DNA of 64,000 nt from Phycisphaerae bacterium (GTDB lineage: Bacteria > Planctomycetota > Phycisphaerae > UBA1845 > Fen-1342), in the NCBI GenBank assembly GCA_050115495.1, contig JASFQK010000027.1:28701-92700 (forward strand), given 5' to 3'. How positions within the stretch are numbered: position 1 is the stretch's first letter; the number at the start of each line of letters is the position of its first letter. A program made the translations under genes and the position numbers. A model generated the notes under the pieces. That model was given only the letters and a program-made list of their open reading frames with translations. It was not told where the DNA came from and did no database searches. Below, piece by piece: positions 18,930 through 29,225 of this stretch.

Positions 18930-19982
18930 ATGATTGACGTGAATCGAAAAGGCGAGGTCTGGGTCTTCGCCGAGCAGGAGAACGGGGCCCTTCACGAGGT
19001 TGCCCTCGAGCTGTGCGGCCGCGCCCGCCAACTCGCCGACGAGCTCGGCGTGAAGGTCGGCGCCGTTCTGGCCGGCTGGAACGTTCGCGAATTGGCGTCC
19101 CGCCTGATCGCCCAGGGTGTCGACAACGTCTACCTCGTCGAGCAGCATCGGCTCGACCATTATCAGACGCAGCCGTACGCCCGCGTGTTGTGTACGCTGA
19201 TCGAGCGCCATCGCCCGCAGATCGTTATCTACGGCGCCACGCCGCTCGGCCGCGATCTGGCCCCGCGCGTTGCATCGGCCATGCGGGCCGGCCTTACCGC
19301 CGACTGCACCGATCTGCGCATCGCCGACGTGCCCGATCCGAAGACCAAGACCGTGCACGAGAAGCTGCTGTTGCAGATTCGCCCCGCTTTCGGCGGCAAC
19401 ATCATCGCCACGATCGTGAACTATGACCGTTGGCCGCAGATGGCCACCGTGCGCGAGGGCGTCATGCCGCTGCTCCCGCCCGACACGCGCCGTCAGGGTG
19501 AGATCGTCGAGGAGAAAGTCGCGCTTTCTGACGAGGACTTCCCCCTGCGCGTCATCCAGCGGCACCGCGAGGAGCGCAAAGTCAACCTCAAGGGCGCCCG
19601 CACGATCGTCGCCGGCGGCGGCGGCGTCGGTAGCAAGGAGAACTTCCGCCTGGTCCACGAGCTCGCGGGCGCGATCGGCGGGGCGGTCGGCGCCTCGCGT
19701 GCCGCGGTGGACGGCGGTTTCATCAGCAAGGCCCACCAGGTCGGCCAGACCGGCACGACGGTTCGCCCGGCGCTCTACATCGCCTGCGGCATCAGCGGGG
19801 CCATTCAGCATCGGGCCGGCATGGAGGAATCCGCCAAGATCATCGCCGTCAACTGGGACAAGGAGGCCCCGATCTTCTCCGTGGCCCACTACGGCATCGT
19901 CGGCGATCTGAACGAGATCCTGCCGAAGATGGTCAAGGCGCTGAAGGAGCGCAGCGTGGAAAGCGACGTCACCAGCGAGTAG
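18930..19982 (+). CDS. etfA: Electron transfer flavoprotein alpha subunit
   Basis: GLTADCT, RPAFGGN, SRAAVD and QVGQTG.TVRP.LYIACGISGAIQH motifs. Confidence 0.93.
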   Translation: MIDVNRKGEVWVFAEQENGALHEVALELCGRARQLADELGVKVGAVLAGWNVRELASRLIAQGVDNVYLVEQHRLDHYQTQPYARVLCTLIERHRPQIVIYGATPLGRDLAPRVASAMRAGLTADCTDLRIADVPDPKTKTVHEKLLLQIRPAFGGNIIATIVNYDRWPQMATVREGVMPLLPPDTRRQGEIVEEKVALSDEDFPLRVIQRHREERKVNLKGARTIVAGGGGVGSKENFRLVHELAGAIGGAVGASRAAVDGGFISKAHQVGQTGTTVRPALYIACGISGAIQHRAGMEESAKIIAVNWDKEAPIFSVAHYGIVGDLNEILPKMVKALKERSVESDVTSE

Positions 19983-20046
19983 TCGCGCCAACAGAAACAT
20001 CCGCCCCGCCCATCGGGTTCGGGGCCGTCAGTCGAGAGCGTACGTC

Positions 20047-21795
20047 ATGCCGAACTTCTTTCGCGACAACGAAGACATCCAGTTCCTCTTCGAGCACGTG
20101 GACCTGGCCGAATTGGCCCGCGTCCAGGAAGACGGCTTCGCCGACGCCCGCGAAGGCCGATCCGACTATGCTCCGCTCGATGAGGCCGACGCCATCGACA
20201 ATTATCGCCGGGTGCTTGACATCGTCGGTGACCTGGCCGGCAACGTCATCGCCCCCCGCGCCGAGCAGATCGACGAGGAGGGCAACACGCTCAACGAGGA
20301 CGGCACGGTCACGCTGCATCCGCTCGTGGCCGACAACCTGAAGCGCCTGGCCCAGGCCGACCTCATGGGCTTCACGCTGCCCCGCAAATACGGCGGCCTG
20401 AACTGCCCAAACCTCATTTACTCGATGGCGATCGAGATGGTCAGCCGGGCCGACGCCTCGCTGATGAACATCTTCGGTTTGCAGGGCATTGCCGAGACGA
20501 TCTACGCCTTCGCGAATGACGAGCTTCGCGATGCGTACCTGCCGCGCTTCGCCCGCGGCGAAGTCACCGGCGCGATGGTCCTGACCGAGCCCGACGCCGG
20601 CAGCGACCTCCAGGCCGTCCGCCTCAAGGCGTTCCAGGACGACGGCCAGTGGTATCTCCGCGGCGTGAAGCGCTTCATCACGAACGGTTGCGGCGAGGTG
20701 CTGCTGACGTTGGCCCGCAGCGAGCAGGAGATCTCCGACGGCCGCGGCCTGAGCCTGTTCCTGTGCGAGCGCGGCGAGCGGCTCCGCGTGCGTCACCTCG
20801 AGCATAAGCTCGGCATCCACGGCTCGCCGACGTGCGAGCTCGTGTACGACGACGTGCCCGCGCAGCTCATCGGCGAGCGGCAGCGCGGCCTGATCACCTA
20901 CGTCATGGCCCTGATGAACGGAGCCCGCGTCGGTATCGCCATGCAGTCGCTGGGCATCGCCGAGGCGGCGTACCGTTTGGCCCGCACGTATGCCAACAGC
21001 CGCCGGCAGTTCGGCGGTCCGATCGAGCGGTTACCCGCCGTCGCTGAGTTGGTTACGGATATGAAGGTCGCCGTCGAGGCCGCCCGGGCGCTGGCGTATG
21101 AGACCAGCCGCGTGTGCGACCTAGAGAACAATAACCTGCGCGTCCTGGAGACCGGCCAGGTTACGGACAAGGCCGAACTCAAGCGGCGCAAGGACCTGGC
21201 CCGCAGCTACAAGCGGCTCAACGGCATGCTCACGCCGATGGCCAAGTACTACTGCTCCGAGATGTGCATCCGCGTTGCCGACATGGGCATGCAGGTGCTC
21301 GGCGGCTCGGGCTACATGAAGGACTATCCGGCGGAGCGCTACCTGCGCGACGCCCGCATCACGAACATCTACGAAGGCACCAGCCAGTTGCAGATCGTGG
21401 CGGCCGTCCGCGGCGTCTGCTCCGGCAGCTTCGAGCGCTGCGTGGCCGGGTTCGAGGAGACGCGTTTCGGCGACGACCTGCTCGGTTCGCTCCAGAGCCA
21501 ACTGGCCGAGGGCAAGACGCTGGTCATGGAGGCCATCGCCATGATCAAGCAGCGCGGCGCGGACTTCATGGACCTGATGGGTCGCAAGCTGGTCGACTCG
21601 GCAGCGGCGGTCCTGATCGGCCACCTGCTGCTCGGCCAGGCCGCGCACAACGACCGGAAAAAGCGCGTCGCCCGCCGCTTCATCGATACCGAGCTGCCGC
21701 GCCTGCGGATGAACTGCGCCCTGATCGCCGCCGGCGACACGGCCCCGCTCGAAGAATACGACCTGCTCGCGGGTCCCGTTCCGGCGAAGGACTAA
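20047..21795 (+). CDS. Acyl-CoA dehydrogenase
   Basis: LTEPDAGSDL, KRFITNG, KLGIHGSPT, R.QFG, QVLGGSGY and IYEGTSQLQ motifs. Confidence 0.92.
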   Translation: MPNFFRDNEDIQFLFEHVDLAELARVQEDGFADAREGRSDYAPLDEADAIDNYRRVLDIVGDLAGNVIAPRAEQIDEEGNTLNEDGTVTLHPLVADNLKRLAQADLMGFTLPRKYGGLNCPNLIYSMAIEMVSRADASLMNIFGLQGIAETIYAFANDELRDAYLPRFARGEVTGAMVLTEPDAGSDLQAVRLKAFQDDGQWYLRGVKRFITNGCGEVLLTLARSEQEISDGRGLSLFLCERGERLRVRHLEHKLGIHGSPTCELVYDDVPAQLIGERQRGLITYVMALMNGARVGIAMQSLGIAEAAYRLARTYANSRRQFGGPIERLPAVAELVTDMKVAVEAARALAYETSRVCDLENNNLRVLETGQVTDKAELKRRKDLARSYKRLNGMLTPMAKYYCSEMCIRVADMGMQVLGGSGYMKDYPAERYLRDARITNIYEGTSQLQIVAAVRGVCSGSFERCVAGFEETRFGDDLLGSLQSQLAEGKTLVMEAIAMIKQRGADFMDLMGRKLVDSAAAVLIGHLLLGQAAHNDRKKRVARRFIDTELPRLRMNCALIAAGDTAPLEEYDLLAGPVPAKD

Positions 21796-21819
21796 GACAG
21801 CTCGGCGGCGAACCCCATC

Positions 21820-22127
21820 TGTCCGAGCCGCGACCGGCAGGGAGCTGGTTGCGCGGTGAGTGGCCACCGGCGCGAGTAACCCGCTCGCTACCGCTCGGGG
21901 CTCGGATTGAGGTGGCCGCGGCGTAGCGTCCGGGCTCCGTACCGGACGTCTTCGTAGCGTTGGCCCCCCGTGGCCAACGTCGAACTCGGGGATCGCTTCC
22001 GCTGCGGAAGACACTGCTCACAGAGCAGTGGCACACCACGGCATGGCTCCGGTAGCGTTCGGGCTTCGTTCCGGACGTCGAATGGCAGACTGTGCCCGCA
22101 CTGGTGGGCAAGCCACCAGTGGCACCC
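21820..22127. repeat. REP/REPIN-like palindrome cluster, copy 2
   Basis: GTAG palindromes at 21923-21982 (54/60 identical to 7643-7702) and from 22052; CACTGCTC..GAGCAGTGGCAC at 22012-22034; CACTGGTGG..CCACCAGTGGCACCC at 22099-22127; an additional imperfect inverted pair at about 21823-21907. Confidence 0.75.
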
Positions 22128-22285
22128 GCCGCCGGATTGCCAAACCCGCCGAAACGCCTACAATGCCCGTCTTTGTGTAGAGGCCCGGCGTGCCTCGGAC
22201 GCTTCCCGACCTCGGCCCCGGTTACGTGTCCCCGCCCCCTTCGTCGATTCCCGGCGACGGCGGCAGCAGAGCAAGCTGAGCGAAC

Positions 22286-24445
22286 ATGCAGACCCGCCAG
22301 TTGATTACCGGTATCGCCCTGGCCCTGGCGGCGATGTTAATCTACCGTTGGGCGATCGAATTCGTCTTCCCGAGCCGGCCGCTGCAGGAGGAGTCGCTGC
22401 CGGCAGAAACCGTTCCCGACGAGGCTGCCGTTACCTCGGCGCCAACCACAAGCGCTCCCGCAACCGCTTCCGCCCCCGAGACCGCTCCCGTCCGTTCGCG
22501 CGAGTACGCCTTTGTCGCGGGCGCGAGTGAGGAGCTTGTTGACGTCGGCGGCGGGGCGCAGGACTACCTGGGCATGACGCTCACGCCGCGCGGGGCCGGC
22601 CTCGTTTCCCTGCGCATCACGCAGCGCGACGAGAAGGGCCGGTTCGTCTACCGGGCGCAGGCTTCCTCCGACGAGCCCTATCCGATCCTCGAACCCCTCG
22701 ACGCGGGGTTTCCAACCGTCTCGTTCCTCACCGAGGAAATCCGCATCCAGGAACTCAACCAGAGCTGGCACCTCGACGAGCTGCTCTGGGAGACCGCCGA
22801 GGCGAGCGACCACCGCGTCGTCTTCACCACAGCGCTTCGCGCCCGGGACAACGACGAGCCCATCCTCAACCTGAAGAAGACGTACGAGCTTCAGAAGGAC
22901 GGGCCGCTCGTCCACCTCGACCTGACGATCGAGAATCCCGGCAGCCGGCCGCTGACGGTGCTCGTTCGCCAGGACGGGCCGACCGGTATCCGCCGGGAAA
23001 GCCCCATGTACGAGATGCGCCGCCTGCTGGTCGCGCAGCACGCCGGCGGCACGGTCAAGACGTCCAAGGTCGTGCAGCGGGCGGAGCTCCAGAAGGCCGC
23101 CGCCCGCGGCGAAACGATCAAGCTCTTCCCCACGTCGGGGGACGACGCCAGCTTCGCCTGGACCGCGCTGGCCAATCGCTTCTTCGCCGTCTTCATGCGT
23201 CCGCTCCCGGACGACAGCACCGAGCCCAAGTTCGTGCAGGGTGTGCAGGGCACGGTGGCCCAGCCGGAAAGTGACGCCAAGCTTGGCGACATGGTCGCCC
23301 GCCTGGCCAGCGGCCAACTGGTCGTCCAGCCGAACGGACAGCTTCGGCAGGTCTTCGAGATCCTCGCCAGCCCGAAGGACCCCGAGGTTCTCGCGGCGGT
23401 CAATCCCGCGTTCGTGGACGCGGCCAAGATCAATTACGGTTTGGCCCACGCCGCGGACAACCGCTGCTGCACGTTCGAGCCGCTGCCGCAGATCATGGTT
23501 GGCCTACTGCACGGCATTCACTGGCTCGTGCGCAACTACGGCATCGCCATCATCATCCTCGTGCTGATCGTCCGCACCTGCCTGCACCCGCTGACCGTCT
23601 ACCAGCAGAAGCAGATGTACCGGATGCAGGACGCCATGTCGCGCCTGCAACCGAAGCTCCAGGCCCTCAAGGAGCGCTACGCCAACGACAAGGTCCGCCA
23701 GAACCAGGAGATGATGAAGCTGTATGGCGAGGAAGGCGTCAACCCGATGGCCAGCATCCTCGGCATGCTTCCCCTGTTCCTGCAAATGCCTATCCTGGTG
23801 GCGTTGTGGACCGGGCTGAACACGGATATCCAACTCCGGCATGCTCCGTTCGACGGCTACTGGATCAAGGACCTGGCGGCTCCCGATGCGCTCGTGCCCT
23901 TCGATCCGCCGCTGACGATCCCCATCATCGGGCAGTTGCCGCTGCTGGGCTGGATGTTCTCCGGTATCACGGCCTTCAACCTGCTGCCCGTGCTCATGGG
24001 CATCAGCATGTGGCTCCAGCAGAAGTACATGCCCAAGCCCGGCATGCAGGCCAAGCTCGACGCCGCGAAGAAGCAGCCACCGCAGCAGCGCAAGCCCGGC
24101 CAGCTCAGCCCGGAGGATCAGCTCCGCCAGCAGCAGATGATGGCCTACATGATGACGTTCATGTTCCCGCTCATGTTCTACTACATGCCGTCGGGCCTGA
24201 ACCTCTACTGGATGGCCACGAACGTCTTCGGTATTGCTGAGTCGCTCATCATTCGCAAGCAGCTCCGTGAGGAGAAGGAGCGTCGGGAGCGCGAGGGCCC
24301 CCAGCCGCCGACGAAGAAGAAGCCCGGCTTCATGAGCCGACTGCTCAAGCACGTGGCCGAGCGCGCTGAGGAAGTCCAGCGCCGGGCCGATGAACTCGCC
24401 AAGCAGGGCCCCAAGCGTCAGGATCGCGATCAGCGCAAGCCATGA
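22286..24445 (+). CDS. yidC: Membrane protein insertase YidC
   Basis: NYGIAIIILVLIVR, LQPKL..LKERY, LQMPI, LRHAPF.GYWI.DL and MPSGLNLYW motifs. Confidence 0.93.
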   Translation: MQTRQLITGIALALAAMLIYRWAIEFVFPSRPLQEESLPAETVPDEAAVTSAPTTSAPATASAPETAPVRSREYAFVAGASEELVDVGGGAQDYLGMTLTPRGAGLVSLRITQRDEKGRFVYRAQASSDEPYPILEPLDAGFPTVSFLTEEIRIQELNQSWHLDELLWETAEASDHRVVFTTALRARDNDEPILNLKKTYELQKDGPLVHLDLTIENPGSRPLTVLVRQDGPTGIRRESPMYEMRRLLVAQHAGGTVKTSKVVQRAELQKAAARGETIKLFPTSGDDASFAWTALANRFFAVFMRPLPDDSTEPKFVQGVQGTVAQPESDAKLGDMVARLASGQLVVQPNGQLRQVFEILASPKDPEVLAAVNPAFVDAAKINYGLAHAADNRCCTFEPLPQIMVGLLHGIHWLVRNYGIAIIILVLIVRTCLHPLTVYQQKQMYRMQDAMSRLQPKLQALKERYANDKVRQNQEMMKLYGEEGVNPMASILGMLPLFLQMPILVALWTGLNTDIQLRHAPFDGYWIKDLAAPDALVPFDPPLTIPIIGQLPLLGWMFSGITAFNLLPVLMGISMWLQQKYMPKPGMQAKLDAAKKQPPQQRKPGQLSPEDQLRQQQMMAYMMTFMFPLMFYYMPSGLNLYWMATNVFGIAESLIIRKQLREEKERREREGPQPPTKKKPGFMSRLLKHVAERAEEVQRRADELAKQGPKRQDRDQRKP

Positions 24446-25293
24446 CCTCGCCGGCTCGCATCGACTTCGACAATCCCGCCGACCTCCAGGCCCTGCGCGA
24501 ACTCGCCGAAAGCGCCGCTCGTGCCGGCGGTCAGGTCGCCCGCGATTACTTCCGCCGCCAGTTCACCGTTCGCCGCAAGCCCGACGGCAGCGACGTCACC
24601 GATGCCGACGAGTCCGCCCAGGCCGCCGTGCTCGATGTTCTCCGCCGACAGCGGCCCGACGACGCCGTCATCGCCGAGGAGGATCTGCCGGCGGACGCTC
24701 CTGCGCCGGCGAACGATACGCTCTGCTGGATCATCGATCCGCTGGACGGCACGCGCAACTTCGTCTGTGGCGTGCCGATCTACGCCTGTGCGATCGCGGC
24801 GATGATCGGCGGCGTGCCGGTCGTCGGTGCCGTCTACGATCCCGAGCATGATGAGATGTGCTCGACCGCCCGCGGTGCCGGGCTGTTCGTCGACGGGCAG
24901 CCGTTTACGCGGACGCCCACCCCATCCTCCGGCGGCGCGACACGCCGGCCGCTGGTGGGGATCCCCAGTTCGCTGAGCGGGCCGGCGGCCACGCTGGTGC
25001 GAAGCTGGGCCTCGACCGTCGTTGTCCGCAACCTCGGCGCCACGGCCCTGCACCTGGCGATGGTGGCCACGGGCCGCCTCCAGGCCGCCCTTGTTTCCGA
25101 CAGCAAGCTTTGGGACATCGCCGGCGGCTGGCTGATGGTCATGAACGCTGGCGGCGTGATGACCACGGTCGAGGATCGCGACGTCTTCCCCCGCGACATC
25201 GCCGACTATCGCGGCGAATCGATCCCCGCCCTCGCCGCCGCCGACCAGGCGACGCACGCCCGCCTCCTGTCCCGCCGCGGGCGGATGCGTTAG
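24442..25293 (+). CDS. Inositol monophosphatase family protein
   Basis: AEED, WIIDPLDGTRNF and WDIAGG motifs. Confidence 0.9.
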   Translation: MTSPARIDFDNPADLQALRELAESAARAGGQVARDYFRRQFTVRRKPDGSDVTDADESAQAAVLDVLRRQRPDDAVIAEEDLPADAPAPANDTLCWIIDPLDGTRNFVCGVPIYACAIAAMIGGVPVVGAVYDPEHDEMCSTARGAGLFVDGQPFTRTPTPSSGGATRRPLVGIPSSLSGPAATLVRSWASTVVVRNLGATALHLAMVATGRLQAALVSDSKLWDIAGGWLMVMNAGGVMTTVEDRDVFPRDIADYRGESIPALAAADQATHARLLSRRGRMR

Positions 25294-25315
25294 CTCCCGG
25301 CTGACAAGCCCTCGC

Positions 25316-26155
25316 TTACTGCCGCTGCCAGACGCGGACGTAATCGACCACCATTCCATCCGGCAACTTCGCGGCGGCGATGTCGTCCGCCCATTTCCCC
25401 ACTTCTACGCTCAGCAGCAGGTATTCGCTGCGCTGGGACACCGCCTCGCGCATCCGCCCCGTTTCCCGGCCGTCGACGTAGAAGATGTACTCTTCCGGCG
25501 TCCATTCGAGCCCGAACGTGTGGAAGCCCTCGCCGAGCCCCGGCAGCGGCTGGTTGATATGCTTGCTCTTGTGGGCGTCGCCGTAGCCGTCCCAGTGAAT
25601 GGTGTGCAGGGCACGGTCGCGGTACTTGGGCGTCGCCAGGTACTCGATCACGTCGATTTCGACGCCCGCGGCGCCGGGATCGCCGATCGGCTTGCCCATC
25701 GTCGACGATTGCAGCCAGAACGCCGACCAGTGCCCCGGCTGCGTCTGTGTCCGATAGCGACACTCGAAATAGCCGAACGTCGCCTCGAACTTGCCGGCGG
25801 TGCAGATCATCGCCGTGTGGTATTCGGGTTTGGCGGCCTGTGTTGTCGTCGGTTGCGTGCTGGCGGGTTGTGTCGCCGGCGGCGCGTGACGGGTGGTGGT
25901 GATCAGCAGGTGCCCCTGGCCGTCGAGGCGGGCTGCTTCCTCGACGTTGATGGCGTCGCGTCGCGGGCCAAGGTGTCGCGCCGACCATTTCGCCGGATCG
26001 GACGGGCTGTCCGCCGGCCCGTCGAATTCATCGTGCCAGACGAGCACGTAGTCGTCGTGGGCGAGGTAGGTTGGCTGCGGCGGAGCGGTCTCGTCCGCCC
26101 GGCCCAAGGCGCAGAATGCAACAGAAAACGCCAGGCTGGCCGTCAGGGCGCGCAT
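25316..26155 (-). CDS. Secreted glycoside hydrolase family 16
   Basis: Signal peptide; WHDEFDG, catalytic EIDVIE, FHTFGLEW and VDYVRVW motifs. Confidence 0.88.
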   Translation of the reverse strand: MRALTASLAFSVAFCALGRADETAPPQPTYLAHDDYVLVWHDEFDGPADSPSDPAKWSARHLGPRRDAINVEEAARLDGQGHLLITTTRHAPPATQPASTQPTTTQAAKPEYHTAMICTAGKFEATFGYFECRYRTQTQPGHWSAFWLQSSTMGKPIGDPGAAGVEIDVIEYLATPKYRDRALHTIHWDGYGDAHKSKHINQPLPGLGEGFHTFGLEWTPEEYIFYVDGRETGRMREAVSQRSEYLLLSVEVGKWADDIAAAKLPDGMVVDYVRVWQRQ

Positions 26156-26268
26156 GCTGGACTCCCGAAGCGACTCGGTGCTGTCAGACCGGCGAAGCTG
26201 CGGGACATTCTGAACGCGCCGTGGCCACGAGACAAACCGGGCGTCCGGACGATTTGGACAAATGAGGA

Positions 26269-26298
26269 AGAGGGCCGCCGAAGCATCGGCGACCCTCT
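26269..26298 (-). terminator. Terminator-like hairpin after the PEP-CTERM gene
   Basis: Minus strand: AGAGGGTCGCCGA-TGCT-TCGGCGGCCCTCT followed by TCCTCATTT. Confidence 0.55.
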
Positions 26299-26333
26299 GC
26301 CGTACGGACGATTATGTGTGCGTTGGTTGAGGT

Positions 26334-26966
26334 CTAGCGACGACGCAGCAGGGCGAGGCCGCCCAGCGCCAGCAGGCTGAACGTGGCGGGCTCGGGAACG
26401 CAAGCGCCGTAGAACTCACCGATCGCGAAATCGACCTCAGCGCCGATGTCGATCGAGCTGATGGTCTGACCGGCCGTCGTGTAGAAGCCGAAGCCGTTGG
26501 CGCCACCCAGACCGTCGACCGGAATCGTGAGCGACGTGGGGGCACCCGTCGGGTCCATCGCCGTCACGGTGATGTCGAACACGTCGAACGGGTTGGGCTC
26601 AACCCACAGGGCGAACGCGACCGCGCCGGCCGGCATGCCCAGCGTGAGGGACGTCGCGCCGTTGGTGTAGTACACGTCCGGCGTGCGGTCCGCGGCCCAG
26701 GAACCCCAGTCGGGACCGACCAGAGCGTGCAGCACTTCCTGGCTGAACGTCACGTCGCCACTGAGCGGCGGCGTGCCCGGGGCACTCATGACCGGGGCGT
26801 AGCCCGTGGGCTGCATGTCATCGGGCAGAGCCGAGGCCGTCCAGGGCCCCAGCGCGAAGCTCGACGGCAGCGGGTTTCCGCCCAGCCCGAGATCCACCGC
26901 GAAGATGTCCGCACTGGCCACGTTCACGACCACCAGCAAGGTGGCAACAACAAGCATCATCCTCAT
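26334..26966 (-). CDS. PEP-CTERM sorting domain protein
   Basis: Signal peptide (…NVASA-D); C-terminal VPEPATFSLLALGGLALLRRR; GAGGAG RBS. Confidence 0.9.
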   Translation of the reverse strand: MRMMLVVATLLVVVNVASADIFAVDLGLGGNPLPSSFALGPWTASALPDDMQPTGYAPVMSAPGTPPLSGDVTFSQEVLHALVGPDWGSWAADRTPDVYYTNGATSLTLGMPAGAVAFALWVEPNPFDVFDITVTAMDPTGAPTSLTIPVDGLGGANGFGFYTTAGQTISSIDIGAEVDFAIGEFYGACVPEPATFSLLALGGLALLRRR

Positions 26967-27349
26967 TTCGACCACTCCTCAAAAAGTGAAACGATCAATT
27001 GGTGAAAGTGCCTTGCGCGACGCACCTGGTCGCGCGAACAGGTATCGTTCAGGCGGCCTCAGACGAGATGGACTTCCTCCGCTCCGGAGCGCATCACGCC
27101 GTCCTGGCCGCACCGGATGCCAAACACCAGCCCTGGCTTATGAGCAGGGAACCGCTTCGAACCCTCTCCCGCGCCGGGCGCGCACCACCACCGTTTGGAG
27201 AACCAACCTGCTGGCCGGGTCAGCTTCCGTCACACGGCTTCGACCCGGGTTGCTTGCCGGTCACTGTCGCAGAGCCTTGGTTTCTTCGTCGGATGTGAAC
27301 GCTCTCGGCCCGTTCGTGATTCCGTACCAAAGTCGTACGATATGCTCAA

Positions 27350-27377
27350 AATATAACACAAGTCCGCGGAGAGTCAA
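27350..27377 (-). promoter_or_regulatory. Sigma70-type promoter for the PEP-CTERM gene
   Basis: TTGACT-N16-TATATT with an extended -10 TG on the minus strand, in an AT-rich patch. Confidence 0.55.
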
Positions 27378-27547
27378 GGCGAATCTCGGTTTCGCGATTC
27401 TTGCGGACGACCGCGCTATTCATGCCATCGCCCGTCGCGGATCAGTGCTCAGAGGATGTGGGCAGCATGGTGCTTTCGGCTTGCCGCCGGTTGGCGAGCG
27501 TTCGGTGCACAGCCCGGACGCTGCAGCAGAGCGTTTGTTCTTCGGTG

Positions 27548-27967
27548 CTACTCGCCGATGATCTTGACCAGCACGCGTTTTCGCCGGCGGCCGTCGAACT
27601 CGCCGTAGAAGATCTGCTCCCACGGTCCGAAGTCAAGCTCGCCCTCGGTGATGGCCACCACCACCTCGCGGCCCATGATCTGTCGTTTCAGGTGGGCGTC
27701 GCCGTTGTCCTCGCCGGTGCGGTTATGGTGATAGCGCGAGACCGGCTCGTGCGGCGCCAGCTCCTCCAGCCACTGCTCGTAGTCGTGGTGCAGCCCCGAT
27801 TCATTGTCGTTGATGAACACGCTCGCCGTGATGTGCATCGCGTTCACCAGCACCAGCCCCTCGCGCACGCCGCTGTCGCGCACGGCGCGGGCCACGTCCG
27901 GCGTGATGTTGACGAACCCCCGCCGCGAAGGAACCTGAAACCACAACTCCTGTCGATAGGATTTCAT
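27548..27967 (-). CDS. yjbQ: YjbQ family (UPF0047, secondary thiamine-phosphate synthase)
   Basis: [20 protein letters not shown] and [13 protein letters not shown] motifs. Confidence 0.9.
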   Translation of the reverse strand: MKSYRQELWFQVPSRRGFVNITPDVARAVRDSGVREGLVLVNAMHITASVFINDNESGLHHDYEQWLEELAPHEPVSRYHHNRTGEDNGDAHLKRQIMGREVVVAITEGELDFGPWEQIFYGEFDGRRRKRVLVKIIGE

Positions 27968-28010
27968 GCCGCTGGCCTCCTTCCGCCCCCGCCTGCCCGC
28001 CGCTGCTGTC

Positions 28011-29216
28011 TTAATGCTCGGCGGCGACGGCCGCCCGGGCGCTCTTCGGCAGCCGGCTGCGCAGGTTGTCGAGCACGTTCATGAAGTTGATGAACGAGTC
28101 GTACGGCGTGTCGTAGGGGTTGAAATACTTGTGCACGTCGCCGTCGGCCAGGTACTTCGTGCACATGTAGTAGAAGTGGTCGGAGGCCTGGAGCCGCCGC
28201 CAGTCGCGCAGCAGGTCCGGGTCGCCGCACTCGCGCACTGCCGGCTCGAGCCGGAAGAGTTCGTGCAGGGCGTTGGACTGCATGGCGTTGCCGAGCCAGG
28301 CGGACAGGTCGCGCTCGGTGTCGGCCCACGAGATCACGTGCGGCACGTCGTATTCGCCGCTGGTGTCGTACGCCGCGGCGCACTCGCTGGGCGTCTTGAA
28401 GTCGTTCTCGCCGCCGGCCAGCACGTATTCCGGCAGGTGCTCCAGGAACTCGAAGATCCCCGTCTCCGCCCACTGGTGCTCGCCGAACGTCTCGTAGTCC
28501 AGGAAGAGGTTGACGATGAAGCCGTTGCCGTTGACCTGGTGGACCCAGCGGGCGAACTTGTCCGCCGTCAGCGGCCATTCCGGCCACGCCTGGTTCCCGA
28601 AGCGGAAGGCGATATCGTCGGAGAGACGATAGTTCTTCAGCAGCAACTTGACGGGCACGTCGTCCGGCGGTGTGTACAGGTAGGTCGGCGAGCGGTAGCC
28701 GAGCAGGTGATCCGCCCCCTCGCACAGCACCACGTCATAGCCCATGGATGCCGCCGCCTTGGCGACGTCGTTGCTGTAGATCAGCTCGGTGTTGCGGAAG
28801 ACGCGCGGCGTCTGCCCGAAGAGCTTGCGGATCATCTCGTGGTGCAGGGCCACCTGATCGGTGAACTCCTGCCGCGAGTACAGAAACGCCAGCGAGTGGC
28901 AGTACGTTTCCGCGAGAAACTCTACCGCCCCGGTGGCCGCGAGCCGCTGGAACGACTCGAGCACCTCCGGCGCATAGAGCTGCAACTGCTCGAGGATGTT
29001 GCCGGTCAGGCTGTACGAGACGCGGAAACGCCCCCCGTACCGCTCGACGAGCTTCTCGATCACGGTGTTGGCCGGCAGGTAGCACTTCTCGGCCACCTTG
29101 CGGCAGACGTCACGGTTGGCCGCTTCGTCGAAGTAATTCGGTTCGCGGTCAAATACGCTGAACCGCCGCAGACGAAACGGTTGATGCACCTGGAAGTAGA
29201 AACAAACTGAGGCCAT
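28011..29216 (-). CDS. Glycoside hydrolase family 57 (alpha-amylase-like)
   Basis: [36 protein letters not shown] and SDHFYYM motifs. Confidence 0.92.
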   Translation of the reverse strand: MASVCFYFQVHQPFRLRRFSVFDREPNYFDEAANRDVCRKVAEKCYLPANTVIEKLVERYGGRFRVSYSLTGNILEQLQLYAPEVLESFQRLAATGAVEFLAETYCHSLAFLYSRQEFTDQVALHHEMIRKLFGQTPRVFRNTELIYSNDVAKAAASMGYDVVLCEGADHLLGYRSPTYLYTPPDDVPVKLLLKNYRLSDDIAFRFGNQAWPEWPLTADKFARWVHQVNGNGFIVNLFLDYETFGEHQWAETGIFEFLEHLPEYVLAGGENDFKTPSECAAAYDTSGEYDVPHVISWADTERDLSAWLGNAMQSNALHELFRLEPAVRECGDPDLLRDWRRLQASDHFYYMCTKYLADGDVHKYFNPYDTPYDSFINFMNVLDNLRSRLPKSARAAVAAEH

Positions 29217-29225
29217 CGTCTCGTC

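Noticed and set aside
21800..22130. Possible CRISPR array
   Set aside because: Units are heterogeneous, in mixed orientation and irregularly spaced, with no cas genes; fits REP elements.
27195..27290. c-di-AMP (ydaO) or c-di-GMP riboswitch call
   Set aside because: Only AGCTGACCCGG resembles the ydaO 3' end; the other conserved blocks are absent, so it is kept as an unnamed candidate.
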